DNA of 64,000 bases from NCBI GenBank assembly GCA_964599625.1, contig CAZRGC010000004.1:75705-139704 (forward strand), read 5' to 3'. The notes under the pieces are model-generated. The model had not been told where the DNA came from, made no database searches, and saw only the letters and a program-made list of their open reading frames with translations. Numbering within the stretch: position 1 is the stretch's first letter; each line of letters starts with the position of its first letter. Made by a program: the position numbers and the translations under genes. Shown in pieces: positions 31,186 to 40,726 of this stretch. This DNA comes from an uncultured Gammaproteobacteria bacterium. GTDB taxonomy: Bacteria > Patescibacteriota > Microgenomatia > UBA8517.

Positions 31186-31803
31186 TTAATTTTTTGAGCT
31201 TTTCAATGGGTTAGCCGAAAGAATTATGGCCAAGTTGGAAAGTTGAAGATTTATATATCCATTGCCTTTGATTTTATTCCAAGTTTTAATAGCTTCTTCT
31301 GCAACTTTTGCTGAGTTTTTGTAGTTTGTTTCTCCCTTTTCCATCTGAATTCTTAAATACTCAATTATCCCGGTTACCAAGTCCAAGGCCTCTGACCTTT
31401 CTTTTATTTTATCAATTGCGTTAAACATTTCTCCGGGAGATTTTTCAATAAACTTTTGTGCTTTTTCTGTTAACTTTTCGTTTATCTCCAGAGGTTTATC
31501 CCAAACCACCTGGCACCTTGAGACTATTGTTGGAAGAACTTTTGAAAGTGATTGAGTAGTAAGGACAAAGTAAATGTTTTTTTGCGGCTCTTCAAGATTC
31601 TTGAGAAAAGCGTTGATTGCTTCTTCGGTGGCTTGTTCAATATTTCTGCAAATTATTGCTGTTTTTTCGGGATAGTGCAGCCTTAAACTTTTTGCAAGAT
31701 CTCTGGTGTGTTCAATTTTTTGGATTGGAAATTCCAAAGGTTTGGCATTCAATTTGTTTATAAGTGTGTCAACATTTTCTCCTACAACCAAAAATGCATG
31801 CAT
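31186..31803 (-). CDS. holB: DNA polymerase III delta' subunit-like (short form)
   Basis: EAINAFLKNLEEP, VLPTIVSRCQ. Confidence 0.8.
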   Translation of the reverse strand: MHAFLVVGENVDTLINKLNAKPLEFPIQKIEHTRDLAKSLRLHYPEKTAIICRNIEQATEEAINAFLKNLEEPQKNIYFVLTTQSLSKVLPTIVSRCQVVWDKPLEINEKLTEKAQKFIEKSPGEMFNAIDKIKERSEALDLVTGIIEYLRIQMEKGETNYKNSAKVAEEAIKTWNKIKGNGYINLQLSNLAIILSANPLKSSKN

Positions 31804-31836
31804 ATGCGTATATTATCTCATTCTTGATGTTTTGGC

Positions 31837-31865
31837 TTGATACCCCCAATCAAATCATGCATAAT
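31837..31865 (+). promoter_or_regulatory. promoter for a leaderless pilB transcript
   Basis: TTGATA-N17-CATAAT, ATG 7 nt downstream. Confidence 0.6.
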
Positions 31866-31872
31866 GATTTTA

Positions 31873-33594
31873 ATGCCTACTTCTGACGATTCTACAAAAA
31901 CATTGGCCGATATTTTGGTCGATCTTGGTGCGTTGGACAAAGCACGCGCAGATCAGGTAAAGCTTGCAGAGGTTCAAAGCGGAAACACTCAAGAAGACAT
32001 CTTGCGCAGGGGCAACATGGTATCTCAATCCAAAATAGTCCAGGCCAAGGCTCAACTTTACAATATCGCCTATATCGATCTAAGTAATATTCCTGTGGTT
32101 CCCGATGCACTTTCTGCACTTCAATCCGAAGTTGCGGAGAGGTTCAAAGTTTTCCCGGTCGATTTGGATAAGAAAGAAAAAGTACTCGGCCTTGCAATGG
32201 CGGACCCACTCGATCTTTCCACCATTGAATTTATCGAGCAAAAAACAGGTTACAGAGTTAAACCTTACGCATCAGAGGAAGATAAGATAATTGACTTTAT
32301 AAGAACCAGGTATACAACAACACTTACCCGTGAAGTGAACGCCGCATTAAAAGATGTTGGCCCTGGTGCCAACACTCCTGACCAAAGGTCGATTGAGGCG
32401 GCCAAAGGCGGATTTATAAGGGAGGAAAAAATCGCAGAAATAGTTTCCCAGATTTTGGACTTTGCTATCAAGTCTCGCGCGTCTGATATTCATATTGAAC
32501 CTCAGGAAAAAACCACAAGAGTTCGTTATCGTATAGACGGTATTTTGCAGGAAAAGTTAACAATACCCAAAGCTCTTCATGACTCTCTAGTTTCCAGAAT
32601 CAAAATTCTCAGCGGAATGAAAATAGACGAAAAAAGAATTCCTCAAGACGGTCGTTTTAATTTCAAAGGATCAGAAGAAGAGGTCGATCTTCGTATCAGT
32701 AGCCTTCCAACCACTTGGGGGGAGAAGATAGTCATGCGTCTTTTGAAAAAGACTGGTGGTGTTCCTACACTTTCAGACCTTGGCCTTAGAGGTAGAGGTC
32801 TGAAAAATCTTCAGGATTCAATTTTGCGTCCCCACGGAATCATTTTGATTTGCGGCCCTACAGGTTCGGGGAAAACTACAACTTTGTATTCTGTTATTTC
32901 TGCATTGAATACACCAAAAGTAAATATTGTTACTTTGGAGGACCCGGTGGAATACAAAATGGCGGGCGTAAATCAGGTGCAGATAAATCCAGCCGTTGGC
33001 CTTACATTTGCGGAAGGGCTCAAGTCGTTTTTGCGTCAGGACCCTAACATTATTTTGGTGGGAGAGATTCGTGACCGGGAAACTGCCGACTTGGCCATCC
33101 AGGCAGCACTAACGGGGCATTTGGTTTTTTCTACCCTTCATACAAACGATGCTTCAGGTGCTTTGCCCCGCCTTTTGGATATGGGTGCCGAGCCATATCT
33201 TTTGGCATCTTCCATGACGTGTATTGTAGCCCAAAGGGTTGTCCGCAAAATTCACGATGACTGCAAAGAAGGATATCCCGCAGACGGACAGTTGGTTGAC
33301 GAGATCAAACGCGAACTTGGGACACTTTGGCAACCAAAGGCAGCCCCACAATTTTTCAAGGGTAAGGGCGATGCCGATTGTGGAAATTCCGGTTACTACG
33401 GACGTGTAGGAATTTTTGAAGTGCTTCCTGTTACGGAGCGTGTCGGAAAGCTTATTTTGGAAAGGGCGTCTGCATCGGACATTGACAAGGCAGCCAAAGA
33501 AGAGGGTATGATTACATTGAAACAGGACGGATATTTGAAAGTTGTTGAAGGCACAACTACTGTGGAGGAAATATTGAGAGTGGCTCAAGAATAG
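31873..33594 (+). CDS. pilB: type IV pilus assembly ATPase PilB/GspE
   Basis: ASDIHIEP, GPTGSGKTTT, LRQDPNIILVGEIRD, TGHLVFSTLH. Confidence 0.95.
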   Translation: MPTSDDSTKTLADILVDLGALDKARADQVKLAEVQSGNTQEDILRRGNMVSQSKIVQAKAQLYNIAYIDLSNIPVVPDALSALQSEVAERFKVFPVDLDKKEKVLGLAMADPLDLSTIEFIEQKTGYRVKPYASEEDKIIDFIRTRYTTTLTREVNAALKDVGPGANTPDQRSIEAAKGGFIREEKIAEIVSQILDFAIKSRASDIHIEPQEKTTRVRYRIDGILQEKLTIPKALHDSLVSRIKILSGMKIDEKRIPQDGRFNFKGSEEEVDLRISSLPTTWGEKIVMRLLKKTGGVPTLSDLGLRGRGLKNLQDSILRPHGIILICGPTGSGKTTTLYSVISALNTPKVNIVTLEDPVEYKMAGVNQVQINPAVGLTFAEGLKSFLRQDPNIILVGEIRDRETADLAIQAALTGHLVFSTLHTNDASGALPRLLDMGAEPYLLASSMTCIVAQRVVRKIHDDCKEGYPADGQLVDEIKRELGTLWQPKAAPQFFKGKGDADCGNSGYYGRVGIFEVLPVTERVGKLILERASASDIDKAAKEEGMITLKQDGYLKVVEGTTTVEEILRVAQE

Positions 33595-33601
33595 AAATAA
33601 G

Positions 33602-33731
33602 GTGGATAAAAGTTTGCTAAAGCAAACTGCGTCCACATTGAAACAAAATGGACATAAGCGCTTAGCCTTCGGCCAAGACAAAGCTTGAGTCCAAAAATGA
33701 ATTTTATGGACATAAGCAAAGCTTGAATCCA
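33602..33731 (+). repeat. three tandem hairpins, each starting with a copy of the pilT start sequence
   Basis: GTGGA...TCCAC (33602-33636), TGGAC...GTCCA (33649-33693), TGGA...TCCA (33707-33731); ATGGACATAAGC twice versus pilT ATGGATATAAAAC. Confidence 0.8.
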
Positions 33732-33739
33732 ATAAAAAT

Positions 33740-34798
33740 ATGGATATAAAACAATACTTACAAATGGTTATAGATTCCAAGGCATCTGACTTGCATTTGA
33801 TTGCCGGAATTCCGCCAACGTTGCGTATAGAAGGCGAACTTACTCCAGTTACAAATATGGGGATTTCATCGGCGGAATCTATTTCCGAGCTTCTTAAACA
33901 AAGTCTTACCAGCGAGCAGTTGGAAAGGCTTAATGTAAACAAAGAAATCGATTTTTCCATAGCATTCTCCGACAAAGCAAGGTTCAGGGTTAACGCTTAT
34001 ACTGCCAAAAATAATTTGGCTGCAGCGTTCAGGTTGATTCCTTTGACAATTCCCCCGGTGGACACCCTTGGTTTGCCCAAGATTTTGCATTCATTTACTG
34101 GACTAAGACAAGGTTTAGTATTGGTTACCGGTCCAACTGGTCATGGAAAATCCACGACCTTGGCATCAATGATAAACGAGATCAATATCAACCGCGCAGC
34201 ACATATAGTGACAATAGAAGACCCAATTGAGTTTGTGTTTAGTCCCAGTAAGTCAATTATTTCCCAAAGAGAGATGCGCACTGACAGCCATTCTTGGGAG
34301 ATTGCTCTGCGATCAGTGCTTCGTGAAGATCCTGATGTTGTGCTTGTGGGTGAGATGCGGGATTACGAAACAATTGCCGCCGCCCTAACTGTTGCAGAAA
34401 CGGGACACTTGGTTTTTGCGACTCTCCATACAAATTCGGCTGCTCAAACGATTGATAGAATTGTTGATGTATTTCCACAGGAACAACAGGGGCAAGTCAG
34501 GCTGCAGTTAAGCAATGTGATAGAAGCAGTGTTTTCCCAAAGACTAATACAAGGCATAGACAGAAAGCGTGTAATTGCACACGAAGTAATGCTTGGAACT
34601 ACAGCTATTAGAACTTCAATCCGGGAAGGTAAAACTCATCAGATTGAAAGTATTTTGGAGACTTCACAAGAAGCAGGTATGAGTACAATAGAGAGATCCC
34701 TGGCCGACCTTGTGAAAAGAGGAATCATATCAATGGAAGTTGCCCAGTCCTGGTCCCTAAGACCTGAGGAGTTATCCAGACTGGTAAGGCAGATATGA
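33740..34798 (+). CDS. pilT: type IV pilus retraction ATPase PilT
   Basis: ASDLHL, GPTGHGKSTT, LREDPDV, AIRTSIRE (AIRNLIRE motif). Confidence 0.95.
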   Translation: MDIKQYLQMVIDSKASDLHLIAGIPPTLRIEGELTPVTNMGISSAESISELLKQSLTSEQLERLNVNKEIDFSIAFSDKARFRVNAYTAKNNLAAAFRLIPLTIPPVDTLGLPKILHSFTGLRQGLVLVTGPTGHGKSTTLASMINEININRAAHIVTIEDPIEFVFSPSKSIISQREMRTDSHSWEIALRSVLREDPDVVLVGEMRDYETIAAALTVAETGHLVFATLHTNSAAQTIDRIVDVFPQEQQGQVRLQLSNVIEAVFSQRLIQGIDRKRVIAHEVMLGTTAIRTSIREGKTHQIESILETSQEAGMSTIERSLADLVKRGIISMEVAQSWSLRPEELSRLVRQI

Positions 34799-34799
34799 T

Positions 34800-36008
34800 A
34801 TGAACAACAGATTCAACTACAAAGCCAAGGACAAGCACGGAAAGTTGACCACCGGAGAGGTGGAGGCTGCAAACGTTTCCGAAGCGGCAAAACTTATTAG
34901 GAACAAGGGTTTTTATGTAATTTCTATATCTCCAAAGATGGACTCGCCTTTTGCGCTACTCAAGCGTGTGCGGGAAAGAATCACAACACAGGATGTTGCA
35001 ACTTTTACAAGACAGCTTTCGACAATGATTAACGCCGGACTTCCAATTACAGAAGCTCTTTTGGTTCTTAGGTCGCAGTCCAAAGGTCCGATGCAGGTGA
35101 TTGTCGCCCAAATTCTGGCCGATGTAGAAGCAGGAGAATCACTCTCGGCATCGATGGAAAAACACAACAAGATTTTTTCAAGAACTTATATAGCTCTTGT
35201 TAAGTCCGGTGAGGTCGGTGGAGTTATGGACACCGTGCTTTCGCGTTTGGCAGACACTTTGGAAAAACAACAGGAATTTAACGGCAAGGTAAAAGGTGCT
35301 CTTATTTATCCGGCAATTATCGTTATCGGTATGGTGATAGTTTCTTTTATCATGATGATTTTTGTTATCCCGCGCCTTACCTCGCTTTATTCAGAATTCA
35401 ATGCAGAGCTCCCCTTGCCCACTAAGGTCTTGATTGGCATATCCACATTTATGGTTAATTACTGGTTTATTATTCTGGGGCTTTTTGGGATGGGACTTTA
35501 TATATTTAGTCTTTACCGAAAGACCCCCGAAGGTAAACGACAGACTGATGAGTTGATGTTTAAAATTCCGGTGTTTGGCGACCTGCAACGACAGGTAATT
35601 ATGACGGAGCTGACAAGAACAATGTCTTTGATGGTTGGTTCCGGTGTGCCAATTTTGGAGGCGTTGAATATTACAGCCGAAGTTGTTGCCAATAGTTTGA
35701 TATCTGACGCTCTCAAAGACGCTGCATCACAAGTGGAAAAAGGGTTTCCGATTGCATTTTCTTTTTCGCGCCATCCAGAGGCGTTTCCATTCTTGTTGTC
35801 ACAGATGATTGCAGTTGGTGAGGAAACCGGAAAAATGGATGAGGTGCTGCAAAAAATAAGTCATATTTTCGAAGTTGAATCTGACGAAAAAGTAAAAGGA
35901 CTTACTGCTGCAATCGAACCTTTGGTCATGGTGCTTTTGGGACTTGGCGTTGGATTTTTGGTAATAGCCGTTATCTTGCCGATATATAATTTGACCAGTC
36001 AGTTCTAA
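34800..36008 (+). CDS. pilC: type IV pilus platform protein PilC/GspF
   Basis: FTRQLSTMINAGLP, GEVGG, ALIYP, GEETGKMD, AIEP. Confidence 0.95.
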   Translation: MNNRFNYKAKDKHGKLTTGEVEAANVSEAAKLIRNKGFYVISISPKMDSPFALLKRVRERITTQDVATFTRQLSTMINAGLPITEALLVLRSQSKGPMQVIVAQILADVEAGESLSASMEKHNKIFSRTYIALVKSGEVGGVMDTVLSRLADTLEKQQEFNGKVKGALIYPAIIVIGMVIVSFIMMIFVIPRLTSLYSEFNAELPLPTKVLIGISTFMVNYWFIILGLFGMGLYIFSLYRKTPEGKRQTDELMFKIPVFGDLQRQVIMTELTRTMSLMVGSGVPILEALNITAEVVANSLISDALKDAASQVEKGFPIAFSFSRHPEAFPFLLSQMIAVGEETGKMDEVLQKISHIFEVESDEKVKGLTAAIEPLVMVLLGLGVGFLVIAVILPIYNLTSQF

Positions 36009-36032
36009 ATCTTTGCAAGTTTGTAAAAGCAC

Positions 36033-36068
36033 TTGACAAGAGTTTTTAATAAAGTAATACTTAATTAT
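36033..36068 (+). promoter_or_regulatory. internal promoter for the probable major pilin
   Basis: TTGACA-N16-TAATACT directly upstream of ATG 36072. Confidence 0.55.
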
Positions 36069-36071
36069 CGT

Positions 36072-36677
36072 ATGAAGAAAGTACTTGCCCAGGGTTTTAC
36101 ATTAGTTGAGCTTCTCATAGTCATAGGTCTTCTTGGTGCTATCGCACTTATCGTTATCGCAGCTATAAATCCAATCGAACAAGCCAACAGAGCCAGAGAT
36201 GCCAGATTTAATGCAGACGGCGGACAGATGATTTCTGCAATTGAAAGATATTTTGCATCTCACAGCAAATTCCCATGGGAAGGTTGTGCGGCTGCCGGTT
36301 GTACAGCAAGTTCTGAAGCAGCATTTGGATTCCAAGCTGCCGGAACCGAAGCCGTTGGTCTTTGTGGAGCAAGTTGTGCTACGGCCGGTCTTTTGATCAG
36401 TAACGACGAGTTAAAAACAGAATTTTTGGGAAGAGATTGGGTTTCCGGCGCAACTGCCGACAAAGAAATCCAGGTCGGTAAAGCCTCAGGTTCATCTGCG
36501 AGCGTCTATGCCTGCTACATTCCTCTTTCCAAGTCAACACGGGACAAGGCTATAACCGCTGCCAAAGTACACTCGTTGGGATTTGCAGCTAACGGCACAG
36601 TAGCAACTACAAACGCCTGCACATCAGCAAGCGATAACTGGACCGCAAATCTCTGCTACGTTTGTATCCCTGAGTAA
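36072..36677 (+). CDS. type IV pilin (probable major pilin)
   Basis: QG|FTLVELL class III signal; INP..Q..RARD; own promoter; Cys pairs. Confidence 0.9.
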   Translation: MKKVLAQGFTLVELLIVIGLLGAIALIVIAAINPIEQANRARDARFNADGGQMISAIERYFASHSKFPWEGCAAAGCTASSEAAFGFQAAGTEAVGLCGASCATAGLLISNDELKTEFLGRDWVSGATADKEIQVGKASGSSASVYACYIPLSKSTRDKAITAAKVHSLGFAANGTVATTNACTSASDNWTANLCYVCIPE

Positions 36678-36678
36678 A

Positions 36679-37431
36679 GTGGAACTCTTTCATTTTTTTC
36701 TTTTTGTAATTGGTTTATCTTTTGGTTCATTCTTTGCCGCTTTTTCTTACAGGATCCCAAACGGAATTTCGATAATCAAAGGTCGAAGTTTTTGCCCAAG
36801 ATGCAAAAATCCTATTAAGTGGTTTGATAACATACCGCTAATTTCCTATTTATTTCTTGGTGGTGTTTGCAGGCACTGCAGAAAAAGAATATCTTCGAGA
36901 TATATTTTTATTGAGTTGGCAACAGGTTTAACCTTCTACCTTGTTTCCTTTGTGGCAGTGGATCCAGTTTTGCTTTTGTTTTTACTTTTTATCGCCTCGA
37001 TACTAATTTTGATATTTATTATTGATTTAGAGCATCAGATTATTCCCGACGGACTCGTCTTTGCGGCTTTTTTAGTGACTTTGGCAAAAGTTCTGGTATT
37101 TGACAATCGTTTCTTTTTTGAGGCGGTTTTTTCCGGATTTTTGGCTGCCCTTTTTTTGTTGTTGGTGCATTTGTTTACAAAAGGTCGTGGAATGGGTCTT
37201 GGTGATGTAAAGTTTGCTGTTTTTGGTGGAATGTTTATTGGGCTAAGACTTTTACCGATATGGTTATTTGTATCCTTTTTGAGCGGCGCTATTGTGGGAA
37301 TAATATTAATATTATTTAAGTTCTCCAAACTTAAGGACAAAATTGCATTCGGACCCTTTTTGATAGCCGGACTTGTTGCAACTTATTTTTGGGGGCATAC
37401 TATATATAGCTACTTGTTCCTTTTACGATGA
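36679..37431 (+). CDS. pilD: prepilin peptidase PilD (A24)
   Basis: RSFCPRC...CRHC, IDLEHQIIPD, GMGLGDVK, AFGPFL. Confidence 0.95.
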   Translation: MELFHFFLFVIGLSFGSFFAAFSYRIPNGISIIKGRSFCPRCKNPIKWFDNIPLISYLFLGGVCRHCRKRISSRYIFIELATGLTFYLVSFVAVDPVLLLFLLFIASILILIFIIDLEHQIIPDGLVFAAFLVTLAKVLVFDNRFFFEAVFSGFLAALFLLLVHLFTKGRGMGLGDVKFAVFGGMFIGLRLLPIWLFVSFLSGAIVGIILILFKFSKLKDKIAFGPFLIAGLVATYFWGHTIYSYLFLLR

Positions 37432-38039
37432 GCAAAAGACACACAAAATTTAAAAAAACTTCCGGGGTTACTTTGATGGAGCTTATATTGGTAATACTTT
37501 TAGTTGCCATTTTGATAATGATTTTTATCACCTACTTCAGATCTCAAATATTCCGTGCAAATGATGCAAAAAGAAAGGGAGACTTGGACAGAATCAAGAT
37601 AGCAGTGGAAGAATACGAAAAAGACTACAACTGCTACCCTCCCCCAAGCATCATGGGATGCGATCCGGGCAACGGACTCTCACCATATTTGGAAAAGCTG
37701 CCTTGTGACCCGACAACAAAAGCTTCTTATTATTACGATTATGACCTTTCCAGCTCTTGCGCAAAGTGGTATAGGATTTTTACAAATGTGTCTGATTCGG
37801 ATAGTGCTGTAATGCAGGATTGTGGTCCGGGAAATGCATATAACTTTTACACCTCCTCTCCCAATGCCCCAAGCTGCCAACTTCAGGATATTGGTGGTTT
37901 CTACGGATGCAGAAGCGGTGTGTGTATGCCTATTCTTTGGGATGAGACACGCCCTGGTCCGGAATGCGATCCAAATTTCCAAAGTTCGACATGTTTTGGG
38001 CAATGCAATCTTCAGACCGAATGTAAACCATGGAAATAA
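37428..38039 (+). CDS. GspG-like pilin, Cys-rich
   Basis: SG|VTLMEL; DAKRKGDL. Confidence 0.85.
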   Translation: MSKRHTKFKKTSGVTLMELILVILLVAILIMIFITYFRSQIFRANDAKRKGDLDRIKIAVEEYEKDYNCYPPPSIMGCDPGNGLSPYLEKLPCDPTTKASYYYDYDLSSSCAKWYRIFTNVSDSDSAVMQDCGPGNAYNFYTSSPNAPSCQLQDIGGFYGCRSGVCMPILWDETRPGPECDPNFQSSTCFGQCNLQTECKPWK

Positions 38040-38623
38040 ATTTACTTAAATTTTCCAAACAAGAAACATTGGCCTTGGTTATAATTTTTGCGATATTGGT
38101 TGGTGTTTCGTTACCTAACTTTGCAACCAGCCTAAGGCGCGGCAGAGATCAAAACAGAAAAGACGACATGGGGGCAATCCAAAAAGCACTGGCAAACTAT
38201 TTGGGGGATTTTGGAGAGCTTCCCAGGTCCACCGAAGATGGCCGTATAGTCGCTTGTAAAAAACCGGAAGACAAAGTTACATTGGACCAAAAAGGCAGGC
38301 TTGTTGTTAATTTGATTCCATGCGAATGGGGCAAGGATAAATTTTATGATTTAACACCCGGAAGCAGTAAGGTTTACATGGAAATATTACCAGGAGATCC
38401 TCACGCGGAAAAGGGTGTAAGATACCACTTCTTATCCGACACAAAGAGGTTCCAGTTGTTTTCTTCATTGGAATCCAAAGACGATGTAGAGTATGATAAA
38501 AATATAATTGCGCGCAATATAAATTGCGGATCGAGAATTTGTAATTTGGGCAGGCATTATGCTTGCGTACTTACAAAAACACTTGAGGAGTGTGAACAGG
38601 AAGCAATAAATTCTGCCAAATGA
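38030..38623 (+). CDS. pilin-like protein with non-canonical cleavage site
   Basis: LK|FSKQETLALV; RGRDQNRKDDM. Confidence 0.75.
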   Translation: MEINLLKFSKQETLALVIIFAILVGVSLPNFATSLRRGRDQNRKDDMGAIQKALANYLGDFGELPRSTEDGRIVACKKPEDKVTLDQKGRLVVNLIPCEWGKDKFYDLTPGSSKVYMEILPGDPHAEKGVRYHFLSDTKRFQLFSSLESKDDVEYDKNIIARNINCGSRICNLGRHYACVLTKTLEECEQEAINSAK

Positions 38624-39147
38624 AAATAAGACTGAAAGGTTTTACTCTGATCGAGCTCATGGTTGTCATGGCAATACTTGGTGTATTGGTTACCATCGCA
38701 CTTGTATCGTTTAGAAGCTCTCAAGCAAGAGGAAGAGATGCCCAAAGAAAGTCTGACCTCAAACAACTATCAAACGCTTTGGAACTTTTTTATTCTGACT
38801 ACCAAAAGTATCCCGACAGTGCAGCTGGGTCTTTGCAGGCTTGTTCATATGACCCCACAACAGACAGCGGCTCCCCGTGTTCTTGGGGCGCAGGAAGCTT
38901 TACAGACGGCAAGACGGTGTACTTTAAAGTGGTACCCAAAGATCCTACAGAAGGTTTTGATTATTACTACAATATTGTTGACCCACCGACAAATCAAAAG
39001 TTTCAACTTTTTACTTATATAGAAAACACACAAGATCAGGGATGTGTAGGTGGAGACTGCACCAACTCTCCCCTATCCATAAGCTGTGGTGGCGGAAAAA
39101 CTTGCAATTTTTCTATTACCAGTCCAAACACAACACCGCTAGAATAA
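38620..39147 (+). CDS. GspG-like pilin
   Basis: KG|FTLIELM; RGRDAQRKSDL; PKDP. Confidence 0.9.
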   Translation: MKIRLKGFTLIELMVVMAILGVLVTIALVSFRSSQARGRDAQRKSDLKQLSNALELFYSDYQKYPDSAAGSLQACSYDPTTDSGSPCSWGAGSFTDGKTVYFKVVPKDPTEGFDYYYNIVDPPTNQKFQLFTYIENTQDQGCVGGDCTNSPLSISCGGGKTCNFSITSPNTTPLE

Positions 39148-39189
39148 CTTAACTTTTGTTTAAATAACCTTTACAATGAACTTACTGCC

Positions 39190-39663
39190 ATGAAAATAAA
39201 TAAAAAAATATTTGGCTTCACACTAATTGAGCTTCTCGTCGTTGTATCTATAATTGGTGTTTTGGCGACGCTTGTTGTTGCGAATATGAATACTGCCAGG
39301 GGGCGTGCCAGAGATGCTGCCAGAAAATCTGATCTTAAAAACCTGTCAACAGCTTTGCGTTTGTATTTTAACGATAAGGGAATTTATCCCGCCAATAATG
39401 CATCCGGGGAGATAATGGGCTGTGGAGGTCTTGGAACTACACTTTGCAATTGGGGTGATCCGTGGACAGTTGGAACTACTACCTACATGCCCGCTATCCC
39501 CAAAGATCCCATTACCAACCAGGTATATAAATACGAGCGAGGTGTTAATCAGGACACATTTACACTGTCTGCTTGTTTGGAAAACGAAAGCGATGCGTCC
39601 GGTGTGGCAACAAGTGATTCTAGTTGGTGTTCTACTCAGTGGCAGTTTCAGATACAAATATGA
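39190..39663 (+). CDS. GspG-like pilin
   Basis: FG|FTLIELL; RARDAARKSDL; PKDP. Confidence 0.9.
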   Translation: MKINKKIFGFTLIELLVVVSIIGVLATLVVANMNTARGRARDAARKSDLKNLSTALRLYFNDKGIYPANNASGEIMGCGGLGTTLCNWGDPWTVGTTTYMPAIPKDPITNQVYKYERGVNQDTFTLSACLENESDASGVATSDSSWCSTQWQFQIQI

Positions 39664-40217
39664 AAAAGAACGGTTTTACATTAATTAATCCAACTTCTGA
39701 GAGCAAAACAAAAGGCTTCACTCTCATGAATCCAACTTCTGAGGGCAAAGCTAAAGGCTTTACCCTCATTGAACTATTGGTTGTTATTTCCATAATTGGT
39801 ATTTTGGCTGCGTTGGCAATGGTCTCATTTACGGCATCGCAGAGACAGGCAAGAGACACGGCAAGAAAATCTGACCTCAAACAATACCAAACTGCTTTGG
39901 AGTCTTTTGCGAATCAAAATAGCAGCCTATTCCCATCCCGTCCCGACGGTTCAGGTGCAACAGCATCTACAACATTGTGTGCCGATATAAGTATGACCAC
40001 TTGTCCCGAAGATGCCAAAAATGCCACAGACAATACATATGTATACAAATATCAATCCGACGGCGCGGCCTCAACTGGTGCAGCCACTGCCACTAGTTAT
40101 GTTTTGTGGGCAAAACTTGAAAACGTTACAGGATACTTCTTACTTTGTTCAAACGGAAAGTCTGGAACCATGCTTCAGGCAAGTCTTACTGTTTCTAGTG
40201 GAAACTGTCCTCTATGA
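39660..40217 (+). CDS. GspG-like pilin with triplicated GFTL leader
   Basis: ATGA overlap start; MKKNGFTLINPTSESKTKGFTLMNPTSEGKAKG|FTLIELL. Confidence 0.9.
   Translation: MKKNGFTLINPTSESKTKGFTLMNPTSEGKAKGFTLIELLVVISIIGILAALAMVSFTASQRQARDTARKSDLKQYQTALESFANQNSSLFPSRPDGSGATASTTLCADISMTTCPEDAKNATDNTYVYKYQSDGAASTGAATATSYVLWAKLENVTGYFLLCSNGKSGTMLQASLTVSSGNCPL
39672..39768 (+). repeat. 42-bp tandem repeat (hairpin-forming) in a prepilin leader
   Basis: GFTL codons at 39672, 39714 and 39756; AATCCAACTTCTGAG in both units. Confidence 0.9.
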
Positions 40218-40726
40218 TGATACTTTCTCAAAAAAAGAACTCTGGTTTTACTCTCGTGAATCCAAATTCTGAGGGCAAAGCTAAAGGCTTTACCCTCATT
40301 GAACTTTTGGTGGTTATTTCTATAATTGCAATTCTTGTTGGTTTATCCATATTTGGACTTCAAGGTGCTCGTGAATCTTCAAGAGACGCCAAAAGAAAAG
40401 CGGACCTAGAGCAAATCAGAAGCGGAATAGAAATTTACAGGGCTGATTGTAGCACTTATCCTGTGGGCTCTGGCGGTGTTTCGGGAGTTTTGGGGAGTGC
40501 ACTTACGGGTGACGACAGCAGCACTTCGTGCGCTTCAACAAACACCTATATTAATCAGGTACCTTCGGACCCAATTTCACCCAACAATTATTATGTTTAC
40601 GACTCCTCTGGTACAACTTATGAGATTTGCGCAGCTTTGGAACAGGGTAACCCAAGTACAGTTAACTGTGGCGGTATTTCTTCGTGCGGTGGGGCGTCTT
40701 GCAACTATAAAGTAGTTAATCCATGA
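40214..40726 (+). CDS. GspG-like pilin with duplicated GFTL leader
   Basis: SGFTLVNPNSEGKAKG|FTLIELL; RDAKRKADL. Confidence 0.9.
   Translation: MMILSQKKNSGFTLVNPNSEGKAKGFTLIELLVVISIIAILVGLSIFGLQGARESSRDAKRKADLEQIRSGIEIYRADCSTYPVGSGGVSGVLGSALTGDDSSTSCASTNTYINQVPSDPISPNNYYVYDSSGTTYEICAALEQGNPSTVNCGGISSCGGASCNYKVVNP
40244..40298 (+). repeat. second occurrence of the 42-bp leader unit
   Basis: GFTL codons at 40244 and 40286; near-identical to 39714-39768. Confidence 0.9.

Noticed and set aside
33602-33731. CRISPR array
   Set aside because: Units are degenerate and unequal in length, with no unique spacers and no cas genes
33154-33975. 273-aa minus-strand ORF
   Set aside because: Antisense shadow across pilB and pilT with no protein-like features
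36033-36071. TTG start for the major pilin (similarly the upstream starts at 31837, 39624, 41669, 3532)
   Set aside because: These coincide with promoter elements or upstream genes; downstream ATGs give canonical leaders or ATGA coupling
39660-40330. Diversity-generating retroelement TR/VR pair
   Set aside because: No reverse transcriptase in the window; the repeats lie at conserved 5' ends and differences are not adenine-restricted
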